The notes below the pieces were generated by a model that made no database searches, was not told the DNA's origin, and saw only the letters and a program-made list of their open reading frames with translations. Shown piece by piece: positions 7,824 through 17,715 of a DNA stretch of 32,867 bases. This DNA comes from a virus. Lineage: Duplodnaviria > Caudoviricetes. The position numbers and the translations under genes are program-made. How positions within the stretch are numbered: the stretch's first letter is position 1; each line of letters opens with the position of its first letter. The stretch covers positions 1 to 32,867 of IMG/VR virus record IMGVR_UViG_3300032257_000076. The stretch is one strand, 5' to 3'.

Positions 7824-8039
7824 GTGGTAAAAGATAAATTCACAAAAGCAGAACGCACATACCAAAACAGCAAACCATACGACTTTAGAGATTTAGAGTT
7901 AAGCCTAGTAGTAAAGCGCAACGAGGTAGAGACACTAAAGAAAGAAGTAAAGCGACTCACAGAAGAGAACGCAGGGCTGAGGTATGATGTAAAGAAGTAT
8001 GAGAAGCTGTTTGCAGATAAGGCAGAAGCTAATGGCTAG
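7824..8039 (+). CDS. hypothetical coiled-coil protein
   Basis: GTG start after AAAGGGTTCA; heptad pattern VETLKKEVKRLTEENAGL. Confidence 0.7.
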   Translation: MVKDKFTKAERTYQNSKPYDFRDLELSLVVKRNEVETLKKEVKRLTEENAGLRYDVKKYEKLFADKAEANG

Positions 8040-8529
8040 AAGCTTAATAGCACCCGATCAATGGGAGAAGGCTAAAGAGTATTTTGAGCATGGGTTAAGC
8101 CTTAGTGATATATCAGATAGAACAGGTATAAGTAGAGGGGCAATAAGCAAAAAGAGTAAGAGCGAAGAATGGGGCAAAGAAACACCAAAGAAACAGTTGC
8201 TTTCCCAAGCTATCGATGTTACGAAGGGTAAAAATGTGCTGAAAGAAACACCTGTTGCTTTAGAAGTGCATAATGAATTGCATAATGAAGCTATAAGAAG
8301 AGAGGGTTTAATCTTTGGCAATGCAGAGAAGTTAGCAAAGAAACTAGGCACAATGTCAGACCAAATAGATACGCCTAATGACTTAAAGACACTTGCAGAA
8401 GCAAATGATAAACTAGCTATTACTCTAAGGGTAGCAGACAGACATGCACCAAAGATAGATGTAACACAGGTGCAGCAAGCAACAGCAGGAGAGACTACCA
8501 TACTCATACAAGAGGACAAGGTAGAATGA
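8032..8529 (+). CDS. terS: terminase small subunit (probable start ATG 8032)
   Basis: N-terminal HTH (WEKAKEYFEHGLSLSDISDRTGISRGAISKK...W); immediately upstream of TerL. Confidence 0.8.
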   Translation: MARSLIAPDQWEKAKEYFEHGLSLSDISDRTGISRGAISKKSKSEEWGKETPKKQLLSQAIDVTKGKNVLKETPVALEVHNELHNEAIRREGLIFGNAEKLAKKLGTMSDQIDTPNDLKTLAEANDKLAITLRVADRHAPKIDVTQVQQATAGETTILIQEDKVE

Positions 8530-9815
8530 CTAAAAGCCTGAAGCTACTACCTCATCAGTTTTCACTTATACAAGATGAACAGACAGAGGTATTAGGCTTA
8601 GTATCAGGGTTCGGTGCAGGAAAGACATTCGCAGTTGCAAGAAAGGCCGTACTGCTAGCAAAAGCTAACCCAGGCTGTGACGGTATAGTAACAGAGCCAA
8701 ACTTCCCACTACTCACACAGATACTTATCCCAGAGATCAAAGCAGCACTAGACTTCTTTCAATACAAATACGAGTTCAAAGCAGGCGAGTCAATCTTCTA
8801 TGTGATGATACAAGGCCAAGAGACACGTATTATCTGTAAGTCAATGGAAGGATACGAGCGACTAATCGGTATCAATGCCGCATGGGTTATCATGGATGAG
8901 TTCGACACAGCAAAGCCTGAACTTGCATACAACGCTTATATCAAGCTCCTAGGTCGTATGCGTGTGGGTAATGTCCGACAGATGGTCATAGTATCAACAC
9001 CTGAAGGCTACCGGTCGATGTATCGCATATTTGTAGAGGAAGGCGATAAAGGAAACAAGCGGTTAATCAGAGCAAAGACTACTGACAACTACCACTTGCC
9101 ACAAGACTACGTTGATCGTATGCGCTCACAGTACCCGGCTGAACTAATCGATGCTTATCTTAATGGGGAATTCACAAACTTAACATCAGGAACGGTATAC
9201 ACACAATATGACAGAACACTTAATGACACGAGCAGAGAAGATGATAAGCTTAGTGATATTCATATCGGTATTGACTTTAATGTTAGCGCTATGTCTGCTG
9301 TGGCTTGTCTCGTTAAAGATGGTTGTGTCTATGCTGTAGATGAGTTCATAGGCCTGTTTGATACACCTGAACTCATACAGACACTAGAAGCTAAGTATGC
9401 AGGACGTAGAGTAACAGTCTACCCTGATGCGGCTGGTGATGCAAGAAAGAGTGTGCAGGCTAACACTTCAGACATTAAACTACTTAAACAAGCAGGCTTC
9501 AGCGTAAAGGCAGACAGCAAGAACCCTGCGATTATGGATAGAGTCAATGGGCTTAACACACTATTCTGCAATGCAGACGGGCTAAGAAGATGCTTTGTGA
9601 ATACTACTAAATGTCAGAAGCTCACTAAAGCACTAGAGCAACAAAGCTATGACGAGAACACTAAGATGCCTGATAAGAAGAACGGACATGACAACAACGG
9701 TATCGATGCACTTGGTTATCTCACATCTAAACTATTCCCACTAAGAGTAAGAAGAAACGCACCATTAAAGAGAGAAGACCCTATGCCTTCACAGAATAAC
9801 TGGAACGTGTTTTGA
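8526..9815 (+). CDS. terL: terminase large subunit
   Basis: LLPHQ Q-motif, Walker A GFGAGKT, Walker B VIMDE, STPEG, nuclease GIDFN and DALGY. Confidence 0.96.
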   Translation: MTKSLKLLPHQFSLIQDEQTEVLGLVSGFGAGKTFAVARKAVLLAKANPGCDGIVTEPNFPLLTQILIPEIKAALDFFQYKYEFKAGESIFYVMIQGQETRIICKSMEGYERLIGINAAWVIMDEFDTAKPELAYNAYIKLLGRMRVGNVRQMVIVSTPEGYRSMYRIFVEEGDKGNKRLIRAKTTDNYHLPQDYVDRMRSQYPAELIDAYLNGEFTNLTSGTVYTQYDRTLNDTSREDDKLSDIHIGIDFNVSAMSAVACLVKDGCVYAVDEFIGLFDTPELIQTLEAKYAGRRVTVYPDAAGDARKSVQANTSDIKLLKQAGFSVKADSKNPAIMDRVNGLNTLFCNADGLRRCFVNTTKCQKLTKALEQQSYDENTKMPDKKNGHDNNGIDALGYLTSKLFPLRVRRNAPLKREDPMPSQNNWNVF

Positions 9816-10198
9816 ATTCTTACATAAGAGAGGATGACTGCTTATCATTCGTACAAGACAAGATGATGGGCAATATGCGTTTAGAGGACGGCTTCACAGA
9901 AGAAGACGAAATGCTTATGTATAAGAACACAAATCATGTAAACTATTTCATACCTTCAGGTAATGGCTTCTTATGTGTGTCTATCTATGAGGAGTTCGTG
10001 GTTATCCCATTTGCATGGCACATAGGCAAGCATGGCACGCTTAAAGAGATGGTACGACTAGGCAAGGACCTGTATAAGCACTACACAATAGAGAGATGCA
10101 AGCCGATATACTACACCGGGCTTAAAAACCTATACGGTCACAACTCTGTAGAGATAGCCGAGAACCTATGGATGTTTGAGCCTAAACGCTATGATTAG
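9812..10198 (+). CDS. hypothetical protein
   Basis: ORF track (TTG start overlapping the terL stop); sits between terL and the head genes. Confidence 0.65.
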   Translation: MNSYIREDDCLSFVQDKMMGNMRLEDGFTEEDEMLMYKNTNHVNYFIPSGNGFLCVSIYEEFVVIPFAWHIGKHGTLKEMVRLGKDLYKHYTIERCKPIYYTGLKNLYGHNSVEIAENLWMFEPKRYD

Positions 10199-10202
10199 TT
10201 TA

Positions 10203-10211
10203 TGGTATAAT
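10203..10211 (+). promoter_or_regulatory. extended -10 promoter TGGTATAAT (structural operon)
   Basis: TGnTATAAT in the intergenic gap, followed by AAGGAG RBS and ATG 10243. Confidence 0.7.
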
Positions 10212-10242
10212 GAGTGATTAAATTTTATACAAGGAGTTGCCT

Positions 10243-10632
10243 ATGGGTGGTGGTGGTTTTATAGGAAGCATAACAAAAGCAGTTAAGAAGGTGGTTAAAG
10301 ACCCAGGTAAAGCATTACTTAGTGCGTCTACTATGGGCTTGGGTACAGGGTTAGTAGGTGCGGCAGAACGTGAAGCGACAGGCGGTGTCGGTGCTGAAAT
10401 ACTATCAGGCGGTGCAATCGAGTCCAAGCAGACCAAAGCACTTAAAGATGCACAGTCTCAATCAGAGGCTAAACAAGCAGGCATTGTCAAAAAGCAAGCC
10501 GATGAGCAGGCAGCTAAAGACAAGGCACGTGAGTTAAGACGTACACAACAGGCACTTGGTAAGAGATCACTACTGTTCCAAGGTCAAGGCGGTAGCGAAC
10601 TCGGAGTCCAAAGAAAAACAACACTAGGATAA
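10243..10632 (+). CDS. virion protein preceding the portal (T7 gp7.3-like position and composition)
   Basis: Gly/Ala-rich N-terminus MGGGG, C-terminal KRSLL...KTTLG typical of podovirus pre-portal proteins; AAGGAG RBS favours ATG 10243. Confidence 0.6.
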   Translation: MGGGGFIGSITKAVKKVVKDPGKALLSASTMGLGTGLVGAAEREATGGVGAEILSGGAIESKQTKALKDAQSQSEAKQAGIVKKQADEQAAKDKARELRRTQQALGKRSLLFQGQGGSELGVQRKTTLG

Positions 10633-10635
10633 CAC

Positions 10636-10824
10636 ATGGCATTAATCGTAAAAAGTTTCACATTCGTTCAATGTAGCGAGTGCCACCAAAACATCAAGTT
10701 GGAAGTGGGCAAAGACATTGAAGGGTTCAAGTGTGAGTGTAAGCAAGCAACAGAAATTGTAGAAGAAGCACCAAAAAAGCGTACAATACGCAGAAAAGTA
10801 GAGGCAGAGGCAGATGCAACCTAA
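10636..10824 (+). CDS. small Zn-ribbon protein
   Basis: CSEC...CEC motif and basic C-terminus; AGGA RBS. Confidence 0.6.
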   Translation: MALIVKSFTFVQCSECHQNIKLEVGKDIEGFKCECKQATEIVEEAPKKRTIRRKVEAEADAT

Positions 10825-12340
10825 ACTATTCAACATGGACGGTATGCTAAAGCGTATCAAGACGGCCAAGGCCAACAAACAGAAGTGGGAACAGCATTTG
10901 AAAGAGTGCTACGAATACGCAATGCCTGAGCGTGAGACAGTAGACAGTCACAGCCCTGGACAGAAGAAGAACCAAAAGCGTTTTGACTCAACAGCGGTTA
11001 TGGCACTTGAAGACTTCTCTGCACGCATGGAGTCACAGTTAGTTCCTGCATGGCGCAAATGGTTCAAACTTGAAGTAGGTAGTGAGATACCCGAAGAGAA
11101 CGAACAAGAGGTAGAAGAGTACCTAGAAGAAGCGACTGATATTATCTTTGACCATATCAATCATTCAAACTTCAATGCTCAGATAAAAGAAACATTCCTT
11201 GATCTTGGAGTATCTACCGGTTGTATCATCGTTGAAGAAGGTGACGGTATAAACACATCCCTTAACTTCAGAAGCGTATCTTTATCAGAAGTGATACTAG
11301 AGCGTTCAGCACGTGGCATACCTGAAACTGTATGGCGTGAAGTTAAAGTACCTGTTGCAGACATTCAGCAGATATGGCCAAAAGCAGAACTCACACAGTC
11401 TATCAAAGACAAGATAAGTTCAGACCCTACACAAGAGATTAAGTTAATTGAAGGTGTAGCACAAGACCATAAGACTAGAGATAACATCTCTATGTTGTTA
11501 GATATGGACGGAAAAGAGGCATTATATGAGGAAAAATTAGACATTTCTCCTTGGATAATCTTCCGTGAAGCTACAATACCGGGCGAAGTGTACGGGCGTG
11601 GGCGTGTTATGAAGTGCTTAGATCAAATCAAAGTGCTTAACAAGATGGTAGAGAACTACCTAAGAGCCTTAGAGTGGCAAGCTCACCCATTATTCACAGC
11701 TACAGATGATTCAGTGCGAAACCCTTACAATATGTCATTGCGCCCTGGTTCAATCACAGTAGTAGATTCCAACGACAGAGGCAACCCTTCAATCGCACCT
11801 ATGCCTGTAGGTGGTAACCCACAACTGTTAGAGTTTGCAGTAGTCAAGTGGCAGGACTTTATACGTCAAGCTATGATGAGCAAACCATTTGGTAATGTGG
11901 AAGATACGCCAGTCAGGTCCGCTACTGAGATGAGTATGCGTAATGCAGACCTGCAGAGTGTTCAGGGTTCAGCAGCAGGCCGATTGCAGACAGAACTAAT
12001 AGAAAGACTTATTAACAACGTGGCAGAGATACTTATGCGTGCCGGTAAACTACAGCCTATGAAGATAGACGGCAAGATGGTTACTATCAAGTTTACTTCA
12101 CCTATTGCACGACAGCAAGACGCAGACGAACTAATGGTACTTATGCAGGGTATGGAAATGCTTGCAGGGTTAGACCCTAATGAAGTGAAGCGTGAACTTA
12201 AGACTGAAGAAGTGCCTGAGTTCATCATTTACAAATTAGGTCTACCTTCATACTTCAAGCGTAACGATATGGAAAAAAAAGAGTACGACCAAAAGATGCA
12301 ACAGCAGATGCAGGCCATGATGGAGCAGCAGAATGGCTGA
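10814..12340 (+). CDS. portal protein (head-tail connector, T7 gp8 / BPP-1 type)
   Basis: FDSTA, WFKL, SNF, DLGVSTG, GEVYGRG, RSATE, SPIARQQ; 508 aa with a Gln-rich C-terminus. Confidence 0.93.
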   Translation: MQPKLFNMDGMLKRIKTAKANKQKWEQHLKECYEYAMPERETVDSHSPGQKKNQKRFDSTAVMALEDFSARMESQLVPAWRKWFKLEVGSEIPEENEQEVEEYLEEATDIIFDHINHSNFNAQIKETFLDLGVSTGCIIVEEGDGINTSLNFRSVSLSEVILERSARGIPETVWREVKVPVADIQQIWPKAELTQSIKDKISSDPTQEIKLIEGVAQDHKTRDNISMLLDMDGKEALYEEKLDISPWIIFREATIPGEVYGRGRVMKCLDQIKVLNKMVENYLRALEWQAHPLFTATDDSVRNPYNMSLRPGSITVVDSNDRGNPSIAPMPVGGNPQLLEFAVVKWQDFIRQAMMSKPFGNVEDTPVRSATEMSMRNADLQSVQGSAAGRLQTELIERLINNVAEILMRAGKLQPMKIDGKMVTIKFTSPIARQQDADELMVLMQGMEMLAGLDPNEVKRELKTEEVPEFIIYKLGLPSYFKRNDMEKKEYDQKMQQQMQAMMEQQNG

Positions 12341-12596
12341 GTATCTAGGATGGGAAACCGAAGAGGTAGAAGTACCTAAAGAGCAAAGCAATAAGCAGGC
12401 AGAGTATGATGCAATATTCAAGCCTCTTGCTACTCCTAAAGCTGTGGAAGCGTTGGAGATGATAAAGAACAAGTTGGTTAAGCGTGGTATCGCTAACCCT
12501 CACGATACACAGATACAAGTAGGCCTAAGACAAGGCCGTCTTGATATGATTATGGACTTGCTAGACATAGCAGAAAGGCTGAACAATGGCAACTGA
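12333..12596 (+). CDS. small post-portal protein (Bbp19-like)
   Basis: Position after the portal; LRQGRLDMI resembles the (N)EG.R motif. Confidence 0.55.
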   Translation: MAEYLGWETEEVEVPKEQSNKQAEYDAIFKPLATPKAVEALEMIKNKLVKRGIANPHDTQIQVGLRQGRLDMIMDLLDIAERLNNGN

Positions 12597-13203
12597 TCGA
12601 GAACTTCAGAACATACTAAACTCAGGTGAGATAGCTACTATCTTTATGGGCGGTGCTACTACTGCCGACAAACTACTAAAGCGTTCAGAGATAGAGGCTA
12701 TAACAGACCCTCTTGACACAAGGGTAACAACCTTAGAAGCAAGTCATACGCTACTATTAGTCGCTACAAGCGTGGCAACAACACAAGAGCCTAGTGTTAC
12801 AGACACAGCGTTACAGATAGAGTTCGGACCACTACAAACCACTACTGATATTGACATTTCAGCAGCAGGTGCGATAACATTCAAGACAGCAGGGAAGTAC
12901 ATCATCTCTCCATTCTTTCAATATGGGCGTGCAGGTGCTTCAGGAACTTCAATACTTCTGAATCGATACCTACGTAATGGCGTACAAGAAGGCAACTCTT
13001 TAGCTGCAAAAGTAGATAACGCAGAGGTCCTAGTACCTTGGTCTAGTTCTATTCAATTCACAGCAGTAATAAATGATGTGCTTACAATCGAACTTATCAG
13101 AGACAGCGCAGGCAGTAATTCAGGTGGTCTATTCGCATTGACATCTACAGCCGGTTGGAACACAGCGCCATGTGCATCTATCCAGATATACAAAGCTACA
13201 TAG
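12586..13203 (+). CDS. putative trimeric head fibre / decoration protein with C1q/TNF-like C-terminal domain
   Basis: Short coiled coil LDTRVTTLEA followed by a beta-rich domain with ITFKTAGKYII and NDVLTIEL. Confidence 0.5.
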   Translation: MATDRELQNILNSGEIATIFMGGATTADKLLKRSEIEAITDPLDTRVTTLEASHTLLLVATSVATTQEPSVTDTALQIEFGPLQTTTDIDISAAGAITFKTAGKYIISPFFQYGRAGASGTSILLNRYLRNGVQEGNSLAAKVDNAEVLVPWSSSIQFTAVINDVLTIELIRDSAGSNSGGLFALTSTAGWNTAPCASIQIYKAT

Positions 13204-13206
13204 CAT

Positions 13207-13237
13207 AAGTAGTGTCCTATTCGTAGGGCATTATCTT
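13207..13237 (+). other. intergenic hairpin with TTCG loop
   Basis: TAGTGTCCTA-TTCG-TAGGGCATTA (13210-13233); no strong U-tract. Confidence 0.6.
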
Positions 13238-13271
13238 GTACTAACGTACAAATAAACACAAAAGGATACGC

Positions 13272-13976
13272 ATGGAAAACATGGAAACAAATGCCCCTTC
13301 AGAAGTAACAACTGAGGGTAGTACAGAACAAGGCGAGACAAAGACAACAGGGTTCTATAACGGTAAATACAACTCAATATCTGACTTTGAGAAGTCACAC
13401 GATGAACTGCAAAAGTCTTACAGCCAAAAGACAGCTGAGTACAAAGAGCGCATGGGAGCGTTTACTGGCGCACCGGAAGCTTATGAAGCAGGCGAAGGCA
13501 TAGAAGTAAGCGAAGATAACCCGTTATTCGGTAAACTTCAGGAACTAGGCAAAGAGATCAACCTTGATAATGAAGGTTATAACAAACTCGTTCAGATGTA
13601 TAACGACACCATGGCAGAGCAAGAAGCGCAATACGAAGAGACTATGAAGCAAGAACTTGAAAAACTTGGTGGAAGCGCACAAGAGCGTATCCAAAACATC
13701 AACGACTGGTCAAAAGCAAACTTATCTGAAGATGAACAAGCCGTTATCAATCGTATTGCAACCGATGCAGAGTCAGTACAATTCATTGAAAGCATGATTG
13801 CACGTACTAAACCACAAGGTATGGCACAGTCTCACCAAGTCAAAGCAAATCCTACTTACAGCAAAGAAGAGATAAGACAAATGCAGATGGCTAAAGATGA
13901 AAATGGCAACAGAAAAATGTCCACAGATCACGAATACTACAAGAAAGTGATGTCATTAATGGCACAAACTGCCTAA
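13272..13976 (+). CDS. capsid scaffolding protein
   Basis: Acidic and helical; GKY.S..D.EKS..EL motif, GAPEAY, ELEKLG..AQERI; lies between portal and MCP. Confidence 0.85.
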   Translation: MENMETNAPSEVTTEGSTEQGETKTTGFYNGKYNSISDFEKSHDELQKSYSQKTAEYKERMGAFTGAPEAYEAGEGIEVSEDNPLFGKLQELGKEINLDNEGYNKLVQMYNDTMAEQEAQYEETMKQELEKLGGSAQERIQNINDWSKANLSEDEQAVINRIATDAESVQFIESMIARTKPQGMAQSHQVKANPTYSKEEIRQMQMAKDENGNRKMSTDHEYYKKVMSLMAQTA

Positions 13977-14011
13977 ATATTAACCATACATTTGATTAAT
14001 TGATAGTTTTG

Positions 14012-14020
14012 TGGTATGAT
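14012..14020 (+). promoter_or_regulatory. extended -10 promoter TGGTATGAT for the capsid gene
   Basis: Intergenic; flanked by inverted repeat GATAGTTTT (14002-14010) / AAAACTATC (14032-14040). Confidence 0.6.
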
Positions 14021-14043
14021 TATTGTATTGTAAAACTATCCAT

Positions 14044-14147
14044 CCGTTAGGATACCTTCAACGAAGCCCAAAACGGTAGGAGAGTTATAGCTGAGAAGTT
14101 ATGACCCCTACTTGTTAGGGACACCCAAAACTACAAGCGACAATAAC
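14044..14147 (+). promoter_or_regulatory. structured 5' leader of the major capsid gene
   Basis: CCGTT/AACGG enclosing GATAC-CTTC-AAC-GAAG-CCC; second arm enclosing GAC-CCCTA-CTTGT-TAGGG-ACACCC. Confidence 0.5.
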
Positions 14148-14173
14148 ACTTAAAAAAACACAAAGGAAAACTT

Positions 14174-15037
14174 ATGTCAAGAGAACTAAGTGCTGTTGAA
14201 TCAGAGTTATTTGACAGCGAAGTAAAAAACGCATACCAAGGTGACTCTAAACTGCGTATGTGTGTACGTATTCGCAACAACGTAGAAGGTGGAACATACA
14301 AGTTCCGTAGAAAAGGCAAAGGTCTAGCAACTGAGCGTAACGCACCAAGTGCTGATGTTAACCCTATGAACATTGACCATGCTCTTATCCCTGTAACGCT
14401 TTCAGATTGGGATGCTTCAGAGTATACAGACATCTACAACAACAAAGCGGTAAACTTTGATGAGGTAGTAGAACTTGCAGAAGTTATTTCAGGCGCACTT
14501 GGCCGTAGAGATGACCAACTTATTATCGATGCAATGGCAGGCGGTACATTCTCAGCTACTCCAACAGCTACAGAAGGTGGTCTTGTAGGTACAGATGTAG
14601 GTGGTGTTGGTACAGGTCTTAATGTGGCCAAGCTACGTGCAGGTCAGAAGTTCCTAAACAAGCGTGGTGTTCCTATGATGGACCGTTACTGTGCGGTTGA
14701 TGCTGAAGGGCTTGATGATTTACTTGCTTCTACAGAAGTTACAAGTTCAGACTACAATGCTGTTAAAGCGTTGGTACAAGGTGAAGTTAATACTTTCCTA
14801 GGTTTCAAATTCATCATGATTGAAGACCGTGCAGAAGGTGGTCTAAACCTTACTGGTTCACTTCAAGATTCGTTTATGTGGCATAAAGATGCCGTTGGTT
14901 CTGCTGTAGGTATTGACATGGAAACTCGTGTTGATTACTCTGTGGATAAAAAGTCTTGGTTGTCTACTGGTTCACATAAAGCCGGTTCAGGTCTTATTGA
15001 CAACGAAGGCGTTGTTAAACTTCAATACACAGTCTAA
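14174..15037 (+). CDS. major capsid protein
   Basis: FDSEVKNAYQ, ALGRRDDQLII, VTSSDYNAVKALVQGEVNTFLGFKFI typical of podovirus MCPs; position after the scaffold; AAAGGA RBS. Confidence 0.92.
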   Translation: MSRELSAVESELFDSEVKNAYQGDSKLRMCVRIRNNVEGGTYKFRRKGKGLATERNAPSADVNPMNIDHALIPVTLSDWDASEYTDIYNNKAVNFDEVVELAEVISGALGRRDDQLIIDAMAGGTFSATPTATEGGLVGTDVGGVGTGLNVAKLRAGQKFLNKRGVPMMDRYCAVDAEGLDDLLASTEVTSSDYNAVKALVQGEVNTFLGFKFIMIEDRAEGGLNLTGSLQDSFMWHKDAVGSAVGIDMETRVDYSVDKKSWLSTGSHKAGSGLIDNEGVVKLQYTV

Positions 15038-15047
15038 GGAGAAATAG

Positions 15048-15302
15048 ATGGCTTTTGATCGCACAAATCTATCAGGTAATGTAGGGGCAGGTTCTAACGC
15101 CCCTAAGTTTCACACGTTCAAGGATGCTTCAAGCACAAAGGCACAAGTTGCCGCTGCTGATTACTTCTTGACTGTGACAGACTCACTAGAAGCAGGTGAT
15201 GCAATTCTATGTGGTTGTTCGGATGGTACTATCATCCTAATCGTTACTGCTGCAACTGCTGCAACTGTAACTACTGAACTGTTAGAAGTTACTACAGTTT
15301 AA
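15048..15302 (+). CDS. small capsid decoration / cement-like protein
   Basis: Directly after the MCP with an AAGGAG RBS; VAAADYF...LEAGDAI pattern. Confidence 0.6.
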   Translation: MAFDRTNLSGNVGAGSNAPKFHTFKDASSTKAQVAAADYFLTVTDSLEAGDAILCGCSDGTIILIVTAATAATVTTELLEVTTV

Positions 15303-15342
15303 TTTTAATGCCCCCTTATACATTCAGGGGGTATAATAAATT
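15301..15342 (+). other. intergenic hairpin after the capsid genes (terminator or processing site)
   Basis: ATGCCCCCT (15308-15316) / AGGGGGTAT (15326-15334) plus outer AATTT/AAATT. Confidence 0.5.
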
Positions 15343-15362
15343 AATACTTTCAAGGGGCTAAC

Positions 15363-15923
15363 ATGGCAGGAAACACCTCAGCAATTCAGATGGCTTCAAA
15401 CGCTTTAGTCCTATTAGGGCATCCACCTATTTCTAGTTTTAATGAACCAGGCGCAGGGGCAAGAGCTTCATCTAACTTATATGAGTCTACATACAGAGAT
15501 GTACTTTCAGGAACAAGATGGCGTTTTGCTACAAAGAAGGCCAACTTATCTAGGTTCGCTTCAGCTCCATTAAACGAGTACAAATATCAATACCAACTAC
15601 CAAGCGACTTTCTGTACGTTATCAGAGTAATAGACAATAGTGACTATGAGATATACCAAGACCGGCTATACTCAGATATCCCTGCATTGTCTATCGATTA
15701 CATATACAGAGTTGATGAGTCATACCTTCCCCCTTATTTTGCAGTGCTTATGGAGTATCAGTTGGCTGCTAAACTTGCAATCCCTGTTACGGCTAACAGC
15801 ACAAGGGCTGCACTTTACGATGATATGGCAAACAAGCAACTAAAAAAGGCGAGATACTTAGACTCTTCACAAAGACCTGCTGATGAAGTAGTAGGATCAA
15901 TCTATGTAGATGCGAGACACTAA
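15363..15923 (+). CDS. tail adaptor (tail tubular protein A, gp11-like)
   Basis: SNALVLLG..PISSF, WRFATKKA.L, YQYQLPSD, LPPYF...LAAKLA. Confidence 0.88.
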   Translation: MAGNTSAIQMASNALVLLGHPPISSFNEPGAGARASSNLYESTYRDVLSGTRWRFATKKANLSRFASAPLNEYKYQYQLPSDFLYVIRVIDNSDYEIYQDRLYSDIPALSIDYIYRVDESYLPPYFAVLMEYQLAAKLAIPVTANSTRAALYDDMANKQLKKARYLDSSQRPADEVVGSIYVDARH

Positions 15924-17713
15924 TGGCTAAGTCAAGACTTATTCAGTCCAACTTCACAACGGGTGAGATAGCACCAACGCTTAGAGCTAGAATAGATATT
16001 GAAAAATACTATAACGGTTGCACAAGAGCTGAGAATGTAACTATCCTTCCGCATGGTGGACTAAAGCGAAGACCTGGGCTAGCCAAAGCTACAGACTCAC
16101 ACCAAGCCGATGCAATACGCATAGAAGCTTTTGAGTTCAGCACAACACAAGAGTATCTTATTTTGTTTGAACCGAGTGCTATTAAGATATTCAAAGACGG
16201 TGCTTTGCAGTCAACAGAGGTATCTCCATACACAACAGAAGCTGAGATAAAAGCACTTGATGTTATACAGTCTGCTGACACAATGATTATCGTACATGAA
16301 GACCATGCTCCACAACAACTGCAAAGACAAGGAAGTGATACAAACTGGGCATTGTCCGCAATCACTTTGTTAAACATCCCTACTTATGATTTTGGAACAG
16401 GGCTAGAAGCAGTATGGAGTGTTATAAGAGGATGGCCTAGAACAGCTACATTTCATGGTGGGCGTTTATGGTTCGGTGGTTCTAAGCAGAAGATCAACTC
16501 AATTTGGGGCTCAGTAGTCAATGTGTTCTTTGACTTTAATGTTGGAACGGGGCTTGCTGATGATGCAATCTTTGATACGCTTGACACAGACCAATACAAT
16601 GCTGTTCAGGGTATATTCTCAGGCCGACATCTTCAGGTATTCACTTCAGGCGGTGAGTTCTATAATTCAAGTTCGGTTATCACCCCTACGACAAGTTCAT
16701 GGAAAAGACAAACATCATACGGTTCTTCAAGAGAAAGACCTGTATCTGTAGATGGCGCAACTCTCTTTGTGGACCGTTCAGCACGCACAGTAAGACAGTT
16801 TATATGGTCATTCAATGAGGACAGTTACATAGCTACTAACATCACACTAATAAGTTCACACATAGTAAACGATATTCAGGCTATTGCTACTATACGTGGA
16901 AGTGAAACCGATGTATCAGACTTTGTGTACGTAGTCAACGGAGACGGCACAGTAGCAGTTATGAACACTATGCGATTAGAGCAGATACAAGGGTGGACAA
17001 AATGGACTACTGACGGCCTATTCAAAGATGTTGCTGTAGTTGGAAAGACTGTTTACTTCTTGGTCACAAGAGACGGAATCAACTTTATTGAGTACCTGAG
17101 AGAAGGAACATACACAGATCATAACGTGGCAGTATTCGGTACAAGACCTACAACAGACAACGTAGTACATAGCGGTGACAATGTGGTAAACGGTGGAGGT
17201 ACAAATATAAACCATACCGACCTTACAACCGGTGTTCTAATAAGCGAAGTGGATACAGATTATATCGATGCACTTATCACAAGAGAATTTAAAGTCACTA
17301 CTGATAATTCAATCCAAGATGATTCACTTGTCACAGTAATAGGTGTAAACGATAATAAAATGGTGTTGCCACGTGATGCTTATTCTGCTGAGGTAGGCAT
17401 AGGCTATGAAGTATTCGTAAAGACTTTGCCTTTAAACGTAGGAACACAAGCAGACGGGCAGATAGTTAACCTTGAAAAGAGGGTAAATCGTGTTATACTT
17501 AATCTATACGAAAGCCTTGGTGTTTATGTTGAGTCGGAGTTCCTAGGGGATAAAGTGTTTCCTGTTGTTTTAAACGAGGCGGCAGAACCATTTACCGGGA
17601 TAAAAGAGATGTACTTATTTGGGTACATTAACAGATTAGTGGAAGTGGAAGTATCGCAAACAGATGCTTTACCATTCACACTACTTAGCATTGATTCAGA
17701 GATAGAAGGATAG
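15923..17713 (+). CDS. tail nozzle (tail tubular protein B, gp12-like)
   Basis: QSNFTTGEIAP, GGLKRRPG, QSADTMII, GWPRTATFHGGRLWFGG; beta-propeller-like composition. Confidence 0.9.
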   Translation: MAKSRLIQSNFTTGEIAPTLRARIDIEKYYNGCTRAENVTILPHGGLKRRPGLAKATDSHQADAIRIEAFEFSTTQEYLILFEPSAIKIFKDGALQSTEVSPYTTEAEIKALDVIQSADTMIIVHEDHAPQQLQRQGSDTNWALSAITLLNIPTYDFGTGLEAVWSVIRGWPRTATFHGGRLWFGGSKQKINSIWGSVVNVFFDFNVGTGLADDAIFDTLDTDQYNAVQGIFSGRHLQVFTSGGEFYNSSSVITPTTSSWKRQTSYGSSRERPVSVDGATLFVDRSARTVRQFIWSFNEDSYIATNITLISSHIVNDIQAIATIRGSETDVSDFVYVVNGDGTVAVMNTMRLEQIQGWTKWTTDGLFKDVAVVGKTVYFLVTRDGINFIEYLREGTYTDHNVAVFGTRPTTDNVVHSGDNVVNGGGTNINHTDLTTGVLISEVDTDYIDALITREFKVTTDNSIQDDSLVTVIGVNDNKMVLPRDAYSAEVGIGYEVFVKTLPLNVGTQADGQIVNLEKRVNRVILNLYESLGVYVESEFLGDKVFPVVLNEAAEPFTGIKEMYLFGYINRLVEVEVSQTDALPFTLLSIDSEIEG

Positions 17714-17715
17714 AC

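Noticed and set aside
9812-10198. Possible GNAT acetyltransferase, suggested by position
   Set aside because: No convincing acetyl-CoA-binding motif is visible; left as hypothetical.
10720-10732. GAAGGGTTCAAGT inside the Zn-ribbon gene, and other intragenic GGTTCA hits, as sRNA targets
   Set aside because: Complementarity is good, but the site is not at a credible start codon and GGTTCA occurs often in coding sequence, so it cannot be separated from chance.
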